Shown: positions 10,585 through 21,317, numbered from the stretch's first letter. The stretch: 64,000 bases of DNA from Pseudomonadota bacterium (GCA_029563075.1 JAKQTN010000069.1:7618-71617); one strand, 5' to 3'. Made by a program: numbers and translations. Notes: generated from the sequence alone by a model not told the origin.

Positions 10585-12342
10585 TTAACGTTTTTTAATA
10601 TAAAGGTCGGTAATCGTACCTTCTTTAACTTCCGCAGCGAAGCAAACCGTTTCAGACAGCGTTGGATGTGCGTGAATGGTCAAGCCCAAATCATGCGCAT
10701 CTGCACCCATTTCAATCGCAAGCACGGCTTCGGCCAGCAGCTCGCCGGCATTTACGCCAACAATGCCCGCACCAATCACCCGGTGGGTTTCTTTATCGAA
10801 TATTAACTTGGTCGAGCCTTCGGTGCGCGCAATCGAAAGCGCGCGTCCGCTGGCCGCCCATGGGAAGCTGGCTTTTTCGATTTCGATGCCTTTTGCTTTG
10901 GCTTCGGTTTCCGTCATGCCAGCCCAGGCTACTTCCGGGTCAGTATAGGCGACGGATGGAATCACCATAGCCTGAAACTCCACCTTATAGCCAGCAATCA
11001 CCTCGGCAGCCACTTTGCCTTCGTGCGTGGCTTTGTGCGCCAGCATGGGCTGGCCCACGATATCACCAATGGCAAAAATGTGCGGCACGTTAGTGCGCAT
11101 TTGTTTATCGACACTGATAAAACCGCGTTCATCCACTGTCACGCCAGCGTTTTCTGCACCAATATTCTTGCCGTTAGGGCGGCGGCCAATCGATACCAGC
11201 ACGCGGTCGTACACTTGTACACCTTCAGGTGCATTTTCACCTTCAAAGCCTACATGGATGCCGTCTTTTTTGGCTTCCATTTTTGCAACTTTGGTGGATA
11301 GCATAATGCTCTCGAAACGCTTCTCCATGCGCTTTTGCAAGGGGCGCACGAGGTCGCGGTCACAGCCGGTAATCAGGCCGTCCATAAACTCAACCACGCT
11401 CACTTTTGTGCCAAGTGCATCGTAAACCGTGCCCATTTCCAGCCCGATAATGCCGCCTCCAATAACCAGCATGCGTTTCGGAATGTCTGCCAAAGCCAAT
11501 GCGCCGGTGGAGTCCATAATACGTTCGTCATCCGGCGCGCCAGGGAATTTAGTCGCTTGCGAACCTGCAGCGATAATCGCGTTCTCAAAGCCTACTGTGG
11601 TGACTTTGCCATCTGTTGCGGTCACGGCGATTTGATTTGGGCTTGTGAATTTACCCACGCCTTGAACAACGGTAACCCCACGTTGTTTTGCCATCTGTGC
11701 CAGGCCACCGGTGAGCTTGCCTACGACATCGTTGGCTTTCCAGTTGCGCAGTTGTTCAATATCGACTTTTGGCACCCCAAAACTCACACCGTGGTGTGAA
11801 GTTTCTTCGGCTTCGGTAATTACTTTGGCAGTATGCAGCAAGGCTTTGGAAGGAATGCAGCCTACGTTTAAGCAAACGCCGCCGAGCGTGGCGTAACGTT
11901 CAATTAACACAACTTTTAAACCTAAATCTGCTGCGCGAAAAGCTGCGGTGTAGCCGCCAGGGCCCGAGCCCAGCACGACCACCTGTGTATTGATGTCGTT
12001 GTTGCCTGCTGGTGCAGCGGGAGCGGGTGCTGCAACAGCCGCTACTGGCGCTGACGCAGGTGCGGGTGTTGCCACCTGTTTAGTTGCAGGGCTTGTGGCG
12101 GCCTCAGCTTCGATAAGCAGGATTAACGAATCTTTGCTCACCTTGTCACCCACTTTGACTTTGATTTCTTTCACCACGCCCTCTTGAGAGGCAGGAATAT
12201 CCATCGATGCTTTGTCGGATTCCACGGTGATTAAGCTGTCTTCTTTGGCAATGCTGTCGCCAGCTTTTACCAGCACTTCAATCACATCTACACTATCGAA
12301 ATTGCCGATATCTGGAACTAGAACTTCAATTATATTGCTCAT
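10585..12342 (-). CDS. lpdA: Dihydrolipoamide dehydrogenase (E3) with N-terminal lipoyl domain
   Basis: ESDKASM lipoyl motif, [28 protein letters not shown]. Confidence 0.96.
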   Translation of the reverse strand: MSNIIEVLVPDIGNFDSVDVIEVLVKAGDSIAKEDSLITVESDKASMDIPASQEGVVKEIKVKVGDKVSKDSLILLIEAEAATSPATKQVATPAPASAPVAAVAAPAPAAPAGNNDINTQVVVLGSGPGGYTAAFRAADLGLKVVLIERYATLGGVCLNVGCIPSKALLHTAKVITEAEETSHHGVSFGVPKVDIEQLRNWKANDVVGKLTGGLAQMAKQRGVTVVQGVGKFTSPNQIAVTATDGKVTTVGFENAIIAAGSQATKFPGAPDDERIMDSTGALALADIPKRMLVIGGGIIGLEMGTVYDALGTKVSVVEFMDGLITGCDRDLVRPLQKRMEKRFESIMLSTKVAKMEAKKDGIHVGFEGENAPEGVQVYDRVLVSIGRRPNGKNIGAENAGVTVDERGFISVDKQMRTNVPHIFAIGDIVGQPMLAHKATHEGKVAAEVIAGYKVEFQAMVIPSVAYTDPEVAWAGMTETEAKAKGIEIEKASFPWAASGRALSIARTEGSTKLIFDKETHRVIGAGIVGVNAGELLAEAVLAIEMGADAHDLGLTIHAHPTLSETVCFAAEVKEGTITDLYIKKR

Positions 12343-12354
12343 GTCAATTTCCTG

Positions 12355-13695
12355 TTACAGCAAGAGGCGACGCACGTCAGAAAGCATCATACGCATATGG
12401 CTGGTGAAACGTGCGCCGTCGGCGCCATCGACTACACGGTGATCGTAAGAGAGCGAAAGCGGCAGGATCAAACGTGGCTCAAATTCTTTAGTGGCAGCAT
12501 TGTAAACAGGCTGCATGCTGGAACGCGAAACACCAAGAATCGCCACTTCCGGGCAATTAATGATGGGCGTGAACATGGTGCCGCCGATACCGCCAAGACT
12601 GGAAATGGTAAAGCAGCCGCCTTGCATTTCTTCAACTTTAAGCTTGCGTTCGCGTGCTTTTGAGGAAAGCTCCATCAAATCACGTGCAATATCCAAAACA
12701 TCTTTTTGCTGCACGTCCTTAACCACCGGCACGACTAAACCATCTGGCGTATCACAGGCAAAGCCGATGTTGTAGTAATTTTTTAAAATCAGGCTGTCCC
12801 CATCCGGTGAAAGCGATGAGTTGAAGTTTGGATAAGCTTTAAGCGCATTGACTGAAGCTTTGATGAGAAAGGCCAGCATGGTCAATTTAACACCGCGTTT
12901 CTCTGCGTCCGCCTGCATGGATTTCCTGAAGTCTTCCAGGTCGGTAATATCTGCTTCATCAAATTGCGTGACATGTGGCGCAGTGACCCAGTTACGGTGC
13001 AAATTGGCGCCTGATAATTTTTTAATGCGTGAAAGCGGCTTGGTTTCCACTTCGCCAAACTGGCTGAAATCAATCACCGGCATTGGCAGTGTAGCTAGCG
13101 CACCTAAGCCTGCGCCCATGTTTTCGGTGCGCGGTTTGGCCAGTTCGCCTTTTACGAAGGCTTGCACATCGCTTTGCAGGATACGGTTTTTGGCACCACT
13201 GCCTTTTACCAGTGCCAGATTCACGCCCAGTTCGCGTGCGAATTTACGCACGGACGGGCTGGCATGGGAAAGTTTGCCCCCATTTACCACAATACTTTCG
13301 CCGACTGGCAACGGCTGATGTGCGGGCTGCACCTGTTTTGGTGGCTCCGGTGCAGGGCGAGTAGGTTCGGGAATAGGTTGCTCGGGTATTGCAGTTTTTG
13401 GCGCTTCCGCTACTGGCGCGGCTGTAGGAGCCGGCGATTTTTCTGCTGCGCCTGCCGCACTTTCTTCGAGCATTAAAATCAACGAGCCTTGCGAGATTTT
13501 ATCGCCAATTTTGGTTTTAACTTCTTTCACCACGCCGGCAAACGGCGCAGGAATATCCATTGAAGCCTTGTCAGACTCCACTGTGATCAGTGAATCATCT
13601 TTGGCGATCGTATCGCCTGGCTTGACCAATACTTCAATGACATCGACAGAATCAAAATTGCCGATGTCAGGAACAAGAACTTCTTTTAATGCCAT
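12355..13695 (-). CDS. aceF: Dihydrolipoamide acetyltransferase (E2), one lipoyl domain
   Basis: ESDKASM, HASPSVRKFARE, SYDHRVVDGADG. Confidence 0.96.
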   Translation of the reverse strand: MALKEVLVPDIGNFDSVDVIEVLVKPGDTIAKDDSLITVESDKASMDIPAPFAGVVKEVKTKIGDKISQGSLILMLEESAAGAAEKSPAPTAAPVAEAPKTAIPEQPIPEPTRPAPEPPKQVQPAHQPLPVGESIVVNGGKLSHASPSVRKFARELGVNLALVKGSGAKNRILQSDVQAFVKGELAKPRTENMGAGLGALATLPMPVIDFSQFGEVETKPLSRIKKLSGANLHRNWVTAPHVTQFDEADITDLEDFRKSMQADAEKRGVKLTMLAFLIKASVNALKAYPNFNSSLSPDGDSLILKNYYNIGFACDTPDGLVVPVVKDVQQKDVLDIARDLMELSSKARERKLKVEEMQGGCFTISSLGGIGGTMFTPIINCPEVAILGVSRSSMQPVYNAATKEFEPRLILPLSLSYDHRVVDGADGARFTSHMRMMLSDVRRLLL

Positions 13696-13707
13696 CTTGT
13701 TTTATCC

Positions 13708-16392
13708 TTAAATGCTCGTTGGATTTGGTTTATTCGGATTGAGCTTGTATTTTTTTACCGCCTCGGCCACTTTGGCTGCAGGCAGCTTGCCTTCATCGCT
13801 TAAGGCTTTAAGTGCGGCTATGGTTACATAGTGGCGATCCACCTCAAAGAAATCGCGCAAGGCTTCGCGGCTATCTGAGCGGCCAAAACCATCGGTGCCG
13901 AGTGCTACAAATTTATTCGGCACAAAGCGCTGAATTTGCTCGGCGAAACTCTTCATATAGTCGGTTGAGGCGATCACAGGGCCTTTTGCATCTTTCAGGC
14001 ACTGGGCGACATAGCTCAGTTTCTGTGGTTTTTCAGGGTTGAGCATATTCCAGCGGTCGCACTCTAGGCCTTCGCGACGCAGTTCGGTAAAGCTCGGCAC
14101 GCTCCATATGTCGGCCGAAACGCCCCAATCTTGTTCCAGCAGTTCTGCAGCTGCAATCACTTCGCGCAGAATCACGCCGCTGCCCATCAATTGCACCTTT
14201 TCGCCCTTGGCCTTGGATTTGTTGAAGTTGTACATACCTTTGAGGATGCCGGCTTCCGCGCCTTTGGGCATTTCTGGATGGCTGTAGTTTTCATTCATGA
14301 CGGTAATGTAGTAATACACGTCTTCCTGATTTTGCACCATGCGGCGCAAGCCTTCCTGAACGATCACAGCCAATTCGTAAGCAAATGTAGGATCGTAGGA
14401 AATACAGTTCGGGATGGTAGCGGACATCAAATGGCTATGGCCGTCTTCATGCTGCAGGCCTTCACCGTTAAGCGTGGTGCGGCCTGCGGTGGCGCCAAGC
14501 AGGAAGCCGCGCGCACGGCTGTCGCCAGCTGCCCAGGCCAGATCGCCGATGCGCTGAAAGCCGAACATGGAGTAGAAAATGTAGAACGGGATCATTTGCA
14601 CGCCAGTGACGCTGTACGAAGTGGCAGCGGCTAGCCAGCTGGAGAACGAGCCGGCCTCATTGATGCCTTCTTCCAGAATCTGGCCGTCTTTGGATTCTTT
14701 GTAGTACATCACCTGGTCGGAATCCATTGGCTCGTACAGCTGGCCTTGGCTTGCGTAAATACCAAGCTGGCGGAACATGCCCTCCATGCCGAATGTGCGT
14801 GCTTCATCAGGCACGATTGGTACGATATATTTGCCAATTTCTTTATCACGCACTAGCGTAGAAAGTATGCGCACGAACGCCATGGTGGTAGAGATTTCAC
14901 GCTCGCCTGTTGCGCCAAGCATATTTTCAAAGGCAGATAATTCTGGCACCTTGAGTTCATTACCTTTGCGCCTGCGTTGTGGCACAAAGCCGCCCATGGC
15001 TGCGCGGCGTTCCGCCATATACTTCATTTCCGGGCTGTTTTCCGCAGGTTTGTAAAAACTCAAGTTCTCAACTTGTTCATCAGAAATTGGCAAGTCAAAT
15101 CGGTCGCGGAATTTTTTCAGCGACTCAATATCCATGCTCTTTTGCTGGTGCGTGGTATTTTGAGCTTCCCCCGCTTCGCCCATGCCGTAGCCTTTGACAG
15201 TTTTGGCTAGAATCACGGTTGGCTGGCCTTTGTGATTTACTGCTGCGTGGTAGGCTGCATATACTTTGTGCGGGTCATGTCCGCCGCGGTTCAGGCGCCA
15301 AATGTCCTGGTCGCTCATTGCTGCCACCATTTCTTTCAGCTCAGGATATTTACCGAAGAAATGCTCGCGGGTATAAGCACCGCCTTTTTGCTTGAAGTTT
15401 TGATATTCGCCGTCCACGCATTCTTCCATGCGTTTTTTCAGCAAACCATCTTTGTCCATGGCCAGCAATGGATCCCAGTATGAACCCCAGATCACTTTGA
15501 GCACATTCCAGCCGGAGCCGCGGAAGTCAGACTCCAGCTCCTGAATGATTTTACTGTTGCCGCGTACCGGGCCATCCAGGCGCTGCAAGTTGCAGTTGAT
15601 CACAAAAATGAGGTTGTCCAGCTTTTCGCGGCTGGCCAATGAAATCGCGCCTAGCGACTCAGGCTCATCCATCTCGCCATCACCGCAGAACACCCATACT
15701 TTTCTGTCGCTGGTGTCGGCAATGCCGCGGTCGTGGAGATACTTCAAGAATCTGGCTTGGTAAATACCTTGCAGCGGCCCTAACCCCATCGAAACCGTTG
15801 GGAACTGCCAGAAATCTGGCATTAACCACGGGTGCGGGTAGCTGGATAGGCCGTTGCCGCCAGTTTCCTGCCGGAAGTTATCCATTTGTTCTTCAGTAAT
15901 GCGGCCTTCTAAAAAAGCACGTGCATATACGCCGGGCGATGAATGGCCCTGAAAATACACACAGTCGCCGCCGAAGTTCTCATTTGGCGCGCGGAAGAAA
16001 TAATTAAAGCCGGTGTCGTATAAAGTAGCGGCTGACTGGAAGCTGGCGATGTGGCCGCCCACGCCTGGCGATTTTTCATTGCCACGCAGCACTGTCATGA
16101 TGGCGTTCCAGCGCACCAGGGCGCGAATGCGACGTTCCATTTCCGGGTCCCCCGGCAAGCGCTGTTGCAAATGGGTCGGGATGGTGTTTACGTAAGCGGT
16201 CGTGGCATTGTAAGGCAGATTGCTGCCTGAGCGGCGCGCCTTGTCAATCATCGCTTCAAGCAGGAAGTGAGCACGCTCGGTGCCTTCGTTCTCAATCACT
16301 GAAGTAAGCGCGTCAAGCCATTCCTGCGTTTCTTGTGCGTCTGTTTCCTGCACCATTTTTAAAGGTTGCCCTGTCTGCTGATTCATTGCCAT
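13708..16392 (-). CDS. aceE: Pyruvate dehydrogenase E1 (homodimeric type)
   Basis: GGHIASFQSAA, GDGEMDEPES, GEGLQHEDGH. Confidence 0.97.
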   Translation of the reverse strand: MAMNQQTGQPLKMVQETDAQETQEWLDALTSVIENEGTERAHFLLEAMIDKARRSGSNLPYNATTAYVNTIPTHLQQRLPGDPEMERRIRALVRWNAIMTVLRGNEKSPGVGGHIASFQSAATLYDTGFNYFFRAPNENFGGDCVYFQGHSSPGVYARAFLEGRITEEQMDNFRQETGGNGLSSYPHPWLMPDFWQFPTVSMGLGPLQGIYQARFLKYLHDRGIADTSDRKVWVFCGDGEMDEPESLGAISLASREKLDNLIFVINCNLQRLDGPVRGNSKIIQELESDFRGSGWNVLKVIWGSYWDPLLAMDKDGLLKKRMEECVDGEYQNFKQKGGAYTREHFFGKYPELKEMVAAMSDQDIWRLNRGGHDPHKVYAAYHAAVNHKGQPTVILAKTVKGYGMGEAGEAQNTTHQQKSMDIESLKKFRDRFDLPISDEQVENLSFYKPAENSPEMKYMAERRAAMGGFVPQRRRKGNELKVPELSAFENMLGATGEREISTTMAFVRILSTLVRDKEIGKYIVPIVPDEARTFGMEGMFRQLGIYASQGQLYEPMDSDQVMYYKESKDGQILEEGINEAGSFSSWLAAATSYSVTGVQMIPFYIFYSMFGFQRIGDLAWAAGDSRARGFLLGATAGRTTLNGEGLQHEDGHSHLMSATIPNCISYDPTFAYELAVIVQEGLRRMVQNQEDVYYYITVMNENYSHPEMPKGAEAGILKGMYNFNKSKAKGEKVQLMGSGVILREVIAAAELLEQDWGVSADIWSVPSFTELRREGLECDRWNMLNPEKPQKLSYVAQCLKDAKGPVIASTDYMKSFAEQIQRFVPNKFVALGTDGFGRSDSREALRDFFEVDRHYVTIAALKALSDEGKLPAAKVAEAVKKYKLNPNKPNPTSI

Positions 16393-16589
16393 GCGTGAGA
16401 TTTCTCCGTGTCGCGTTTGCTGCGCGTATAATCTACGCAGAGGGCAAACGTGAATTAGAATGTCCTATAAAGCTGTAAGTGTGTCTTTTTTAGGCATTTT
16501 GGTCAAGTTAAAACATGGTTTAGTAGAACGACAGATAACAATTTTGCTATCATGGCCTTAGATATTATACAAGAGTTAAGGGCGATTAA

Positions 16590-18047
16590 ATGTCAATAAA
16601 ATTAATACAACATGCTGCTATTGGCAGCGAAAAAACATTATCTTCTGAAAAACACATACTTTTTGTGCTGGAGGGAAAAACAGAAAGAAATTTCCCGTTT
16701 GCCAAAATCCTCGAGCGCAAGCTGCAACGTACCAGAGGTGAATATAAAGATTTGAATAAAACGCCAATCGTCATTGAACTGCCTGATGGCGGCGTGGCCA
16801 GCTTCGTAATGTTAGGCGAAAATCTCAGCATATTTCAGAAGCATACCCTGCTGCGCAAGGCTGTAAAACCTTTGCTGGATGAGCAGCCCGAGGCTTTGGC
16901 GATTTGTGTGTTTGGTGACGGCGCCGCGCGTGAAGCGAATGCTTGTGCGGCTTATTACGTGGCAACAGTCAATGCAGCCGAACTGCCAAGCCGTAAAAAA
17001 GACAACAAAGCTAAGCCGTTGAAAGAAATAAGCATTCATGGCTTTAAAGCCGAGCACGATTACAGCTATGTGAATGCGCGCGTGGCAGGCAATACGCTGT
17101 GCCGCAGCTTGACCATGCTGCCACCTAACGAACTGACGCCCACCATTTACCGTGAGAAGCTAAAAACATTAGCTAAACAATACGGCTGGGCCTGGGAGGA
17201 GTTTGATATGCCTGCACTCAAAAAAATGGGCGCCGGTGCATTTTATGCGGTGGGGCAGGGCTCTGAGCCGCAAGATGCTGCGATCGTGCATTTAACCTAT
17301 AGTCCAAAGGAGGCCAGGAAGCACATCGCCTTGGTCGGCAAAGGCATTTGTTTTGATACGGGCGGACACAACCTGAAACCCGCCAAGTATATGCAGGGCA
17401 TGCACGAAGACATGAACGGCAGCGCGGTCTCGCTGGGGATTCTAACGGCTGCAACTTTACAAAAGTTACCCGTTAAACTCGATTGCTGGCTGGCGATTGC
17501 GCAGAATCACATCAGCCCGCTCGCCTATAAGCAAAACGATGTCGTCACTACATTAAATGGCATGACGATTGAAGTCGTGCATACTGATGCAGAAGGCCGG
17601 ATGGTGCTGGCAGACACGCTTACACTGGCTTCTCGTCAGAAGCCGGATGCGATTCTGGATTACGCCACACTCACAGGCAGTATGGCCGTGGCTGTGACAG
17701 ACCGTATGAGTGGCGTAATTGCCAATCGCCCGGAGTTGGCCTGCAAGGCAATAGGGGCGGGTGCAGCAGCAGGGGAGCGCATCGTGGCTTTTCCCTACGA
17801 AGAAGACATGGATAGCGATTTGGACAGCGACATTGCCGATATCAAGCAATGTACCATGGAAGGTGGCGGCGACCATATGCACGCGGCGCGTTTTATGGGC
17901 AAGTTCATCGAAAACGATGTGGCCTGGCTGCATGCGGATTTGTCCAGTACCAACCGCAAAGACGGCCTGGGAGCTGTGCAAAGCGATGTGAATGGCTTTG
18001 GCGTTGGTTTTGGTTTGGAAATGATTAATAGGTTAATCGGCGATTAA
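16590..18047 (+). CDS. pepA: Leucyl aminopeptidase (M17)
   Basis: VGKGICFDTGG..LKP, EDMNGSA, TDAEGRMVLAD. Confidence 0.88.
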   Translation: MSIKLIQHAAIGSEKTLSSEKHILFVLEGKTERNFPFAKILERKLQRTRGEYKDLNKTPIVIELPDGGVASFVMLGENLSIFQKHTLLRKAVKPLLDEQPEALAICVFGDGAAREANACAAYYVATVNAAELPSRKKDNKAKPLKEISIHGFKAEHDYSYVNARVAGNTLCRSLTMLPPNELTPTIYREKLKTLAKQYGWAWEEFDMPALKKMGAGAFYAVGQGSEPQDAAIVHLTYSPKEARKHIALVGKGICFDTGGHNLKPAKYMQGMHEDMNGSAVSLGILTAATLQKLPVKLDCWLAIAQNHISPLAYKQNDVVTTLNGMTIEVVHTDAEGRMVLADTLTLASRQKPDAILDYATLTGSMAVAVTDRMSGVIANRPELACKAIGAGAAAGERIVAFPYEEDMDSDLDSDIADIKQCTMEGGGDHMHAARFMGKFIENDVAWLHADLSSTNRKDGLGAVQSDVNGFGVGFGLEMINRLIGD

Positions 18048-18146
18048 TGTTTTTGTGGAAAATAAGCTGAGATGTTGCAACAATAAGCGAATGCTGACAG
18101 TTTGCGGGTTACATAATAATCAAGTCAGCTTTTTAGGGGATAGAAA

Positions 18147-18803
18147 ATGGAGAATTTATCTTGGCTGGAGAGCTTTCCGCCATTATTGCAGTTGGAGCCT
18201 CACGCGCGCGACATTCTGGCTAAATCCGCAAGGATTGTGGAAGCGCCGGTAGGTACAATCGGCTATCGTGAAGGCGGTGCCTGCGGGGCTTATGTGATGC
18301 GGCTTGCAGGTCAGTCGCGCGTGTATAAAATGTCATCTTCAGGGCGCGAAATCTTGCTTTACCGTGTGGCAGCAGGGGAAACTTGCGTGATCACCACGAC
18401 GTGTTTATTGGGCAATAGCAATTATCCAGCATCAACAATCGTCGAAGAACCGATAAAGGATGTCATTATCCCTTCTGCCGCTTTTAATCAACTGATGGTT
18501 GATTCGAAAGTGTTCCGTACTTTTGTGATGACCAACTACGGCGCGCTGATCAGTGATCTGATCGTGCTGCTGGACGAAGTGGCATTTCATAGCCTGGATG
18601 CCCGCCTGGCCAAGCTGCTGCTGGATACGGGCAGCGCCACGATCAGCAGAACACATCAGTTGATAGCCGATGAACTTGGGACTGCGCGCGAGGTGGTGAG
18701 CCGCCAGTTGAAACGTTTTGAGCAAAAGGGCTGGGTTACGCTTGGGCGCGGCCATGTAGAACTGACCAATCGACCAGCTTTGGAAAAGCTCGCAGCTAGC
18801 TAA
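18147..18803 (+). CDS. Crp/Fnr-family transcriptional regulator
   Basis: cNMP-type sensor domain and HTH THQLIADELGTAREVVSRQLKRF. Confidence 0.9.
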   Translation: MENLSWLESFPPLLQLEPHARDILAKSARIVEAPVGTIGYREGGACGAYVMRLAGQSRVYKMSSSGREILLYRVAAGETCVITTTCLLGNSNYPASTIVEEPIKDVIIPSAAFNQLMVDSKVFRTFVMTNYGALISDLIVLLDEVAFHSLDARLAKLLLDTGSATISRTHQLIADELGTAREVVSRQLKRFEQKGWVTLGRGHVELTNRPALEKLAAS

Positions 18804-18827
18804 TGTTGCAGTGGCAGCCTGTGTTTG

Positions 18828-19643
18828 TTAAAAAGCCGAAAAACCTTTAGCAGCCAGCATTAATGCTGCAATTAACGCCAGCACGGCAAAGCCGCGCTGG
18901 CTAATGACTACCGGTATTCTAGGGCTGATCAGCCTGAAGATCAACATGCTGACCATGGTGCTCGCGGCAAATGGAATGGCGATTTGCCAAAGAATATTGC
19001 TGTGCAGCAGATAGATTGAAATGCTTACGACTGAGACGATGGCGATAGCCATGAGAGAAGTGGCGATGATGGTTTGCATATCAAAGTTACTGACTTTACG
19101 TAAACTTGGCACAATGACAAAGCCGCCACCTACACCCAAAAGGCCTGAAAGAAAGCCTGCGAGGCTGCCTGTGATCATCAGCCTTTTTGTACACGGCGCT
19201 GTCCAGAACAATCTGGATGTCGCAGGGTTCAGCACGCAGGCCGGCGCAGGCTTGTAATCATCCGGCTGCAGATTTTGTGTGTTTTGGTGCCACATACGAC
19301 AGGCGATATACCCAAGTACAATAGCAAAGATCAGACTCAAGTGCTGGTTTGATGCGAGATGCGCCAGCCAAACGCCAAGTGGTGCAAACAGAATGCCGAA
19401 GCCTGCGATCAGCGTGGCGGCTTTGTAGCGCACAATGCCCACCCGCAGGCCTTGCAGAGCGCCGACGCAGGAAGCCAGCATCACGGCAAGCAAGCCGATG
19501 GGTGCGGCCTGTGCCATGCTGAGGTGTAAGCCGAAAGCCAATAGCGGTATTGCTAGAATCGAGCCGCCCGCACCGGTTACGGCTAACACCAGTCCTGTAA
19601 ACAGCCCTAATGCGATGCTGATCAAGTTTGCATCTAACAGCAT
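18828..19643 (-). CDS. Sulfite exporter TauE/SafE (TSUP)
   Basis: Two repeats of GAGG/GVGGG.I.VP and multiple TM helices. Confidence 0.9.
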   Translation of the reverse strand: MLLDANLISIALGLFTGLVLAVTGAGGSILAIPLLAFGLHLSMAQAAPIGLLAVMLASCVGALQGLRVGIVRYKAATLIAGFGILFAPLGVWLAHLASNQHLSLIFAIVLGYIACRMWHQNTQNLQPDDYKPAPACVLNPATSRLFWTAPCTKRLMITGSLAGFLSGLLGVGGGFVIVPSLRKVSNFDMQTIIATSLMAIAIVSVVSISIYLLHSNILWQIAIPFAASTMVSMLIFRLISPRIPVVISQRGFAVLALIAALMLAAKGFSAF

Positions 19644-19691
19644 AGTGCTATCAATTTTTGGGTGGCGTCCAGTTTGAGCCTGGGTTCAAGG

Positions 19692-20174
19692 TCAGGCTTT
19701 TTTACACCAATTACGGCACAAGAACATGAGCGGGCATTTGGTTTTATACCAGCTGCAAAGTTGGCTAAAGACGCATTTTCCTTTTAACCATGCCATTGAA
19801 CTTTGGTTTTGAACTGGCGGATGAACTGCTTCGGTGCTTGTTTGGGATTGCTTGAATATGGTCGCGGCACGGTTACCTGTTCTGCAAAAGCCAAGCACTG
19901 GTTTGGCTGCAGCGGCATAAACCGCGCTGAATTCTACAACATGCTCAGGCTGCATGTTGCCCGGGCTGAAGGGAATGTAAAAATAAGCCAGGCCTGATTT
20001 TTCGGCTGCGACTTTAATCTGTGCGCTGGCTGGCTGATCAGGGCCGCCTTCACCGTCAGGACGGTTGTTGATAATGGTTTTAAAACCTAACCGGGCGATT
20101 TCAGTAACATCTTCCACGCCGATTTGCGGTGCAGTGCTAAAACTCTCTGAATGCTTGGTGATTTGAATTGACAT
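19692..20174 (-). CDS. Blh-type sulfurtransferase domain (DUF442-like) with Cys-rich tail
   Basis: GFKTIINNRPDGE and active-site FCRTGNRA. Confidence 0.85.
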   Translation of the reverse strand: MSIQITKHSESFSTAPQIGVEDVTEIARLGFKTIINNRPDGEGGPDQPASAQIKVAAEKSGLAYFYIPFSPGNMQPEHVVEFSAVYAAAAKPVLGFCRTGNRAATIFKQSQTSTEAVHPPVQNQSSMAWLKGKCVFSQLCSWYKTKCPLMFLCRNWCKKA

Positions 20175-20181
20175 GATTTCC

Positions 20182-20496
20182 TTAAGGTTTGCAAATTTCC
20201 TGGCTCAAAACCCGCATCACGGCTAATGCTGAATGGCTTGAAATGTTATAAAAAATATTCTTGCCTTCACGCCGTGTTGCTACCAATTCTGATTCGCGTA
20301 ACACTGTGAGCTGCTGTGACAGTGTAGGCTGCCGAATATCCAATATTTGCTCTAATTCGCCTACGGATTTTTCACCTTGCGAGAGCTGGCATAGCAGCAT
20401 TAAGCGATCCGAATTCGCCAGTACCTTCATCAGAGAGGAAGCTTTGTCAGCTGAGGCGCGAAGCACATCAAAATTTATTTCTTTAATTTCAGACAT
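20182..20496 (-). CDS. ArsR/SmtB regulator, BigR/SqrR type
   Basis: LANSDRLMLLCQL, SQQLTVLR, and a second Cys near the C-terminus (EICKP). Confidence 0.88.
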   Translation of the reverse strand: MSEIKEINFDVLRASADKASSLMKVLANSDRLMLLCQLSQGEKSVGELEQILDIRQPTLSQQLTVLRESELVATRREGKNIFYNISSHSALAVMRVLSQEICKP

Positions 20497-20519
20497 GGGT
20501 TGGTTTGAAACAGGAGATA

Positions 20520-20550
20520 ATATGTAATTTAATATTATATTAAAACATAT
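20520..20550. promoter_or_regulatory. AT-rich palindrome, candidate BigR-type operator for the divergent promoters
   Basis: TTTAATAT-t-ATATTAAA (20528-20544) flanked by ATATGT/ACATAT. Confidence 0.55.
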
Positions 20551-20600
20551 AATATAATATCACGCCAGCCGGACTTTTAACGCTCTCTGAGAACACCCCT

Positions 20601-21305
20601 ATGATTTTTAAGCAATTATTTGATAAAGCTTCTTCGACTTATACTTATTTCATCGCGGATACAGCGGCAGGTGAGGCGGTGTTTATTGACCCGGTGGATA
20701 CGCATATAGAGGACCACCTTGCTTTGTTAAAGCAGCATCAATGTATGCTTAAATATTCGCTTGAAACACATGTGCATGCAGACCACATCACAGGTGGCGG
20801 TATGTTGCGCCAGAAAACCAATGCGCTCACTGGCGTCGCGAGGGCATGCGGCGCGGAAACCGCTGATTTGCAATTAAAAGATGGCGACGTGATTGCCTTT
20901 GCGCAAGAAACCATCAAGGTCATTGCTACGCCCGGGCACACGCCGGGTAGTATCTCTTATTTGTGGCGCGACCGCTTGTTTACAGGTGACACTTTATTAA
21001 TTAATGGCTGCGGCAGAACAGACTTTCAGGGTGGCAGTGCAATCGCCATGTACGATAGCATTGTGAATAAATTATTTACTCTGCCAGAAGACACGCTGGT
21101 GTGTCCAGGCCATGATTACAATGGCCGCCGTGTAAGCTGCATCGGGCAAGAAATGGCCATTAATCCACGCTTGGCAGGAAAAACGCGAGATGAGTTTGTT
21201 GAAATTATGAACAATCTGAACCTGCCAAAACCCAGGCTGATCGATATTGCCGTGCCTGCAAATCGCATGTGCGGTGTGCCAGAACCAGAGGTCGTACAGG
21301 GTTGA
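20601..21305 (+). CDS. Persulfide dioxygenase (ETHE1-like metallo-beta-lactamase fold)
   Basis: ETHVHADHITG, GHTPG, FTGDTLLINGCGRTDFQ, C-terminal VPANRMCG. Confidence 0.88.
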   Translation: MIFKQLFDKASSTYTYFIADTAAGEAVFIDPVDTHIEDHLALLKQHQCMLKYSLETHVHADHITGGGMLRQKTNALTGVARACGAETADLQLKDGDVIAFAQETIKVIATPGHTPGSISYLWRDRLFTGDTLLINGCGRTDFQGGSAIAMYDSIVNKLFTLPEDTLVCPGHDYNGRRVSCIGQEMAINPRLAGKTRDEFVEIMNNLNLPKPRLIDIAVPANRMCGVPEPEVVQG

Positions 21306-21317
21306 TTGATTTGGCAG

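Noticed and set aside
12180-13695. Near-duplicate lipoyl-domain sequence at the starts of aceF and lpdA
   Set aside because: E3 with an N-terminal lipoyl domain is well known in betaproteobacteria; it is not a novel repeat.
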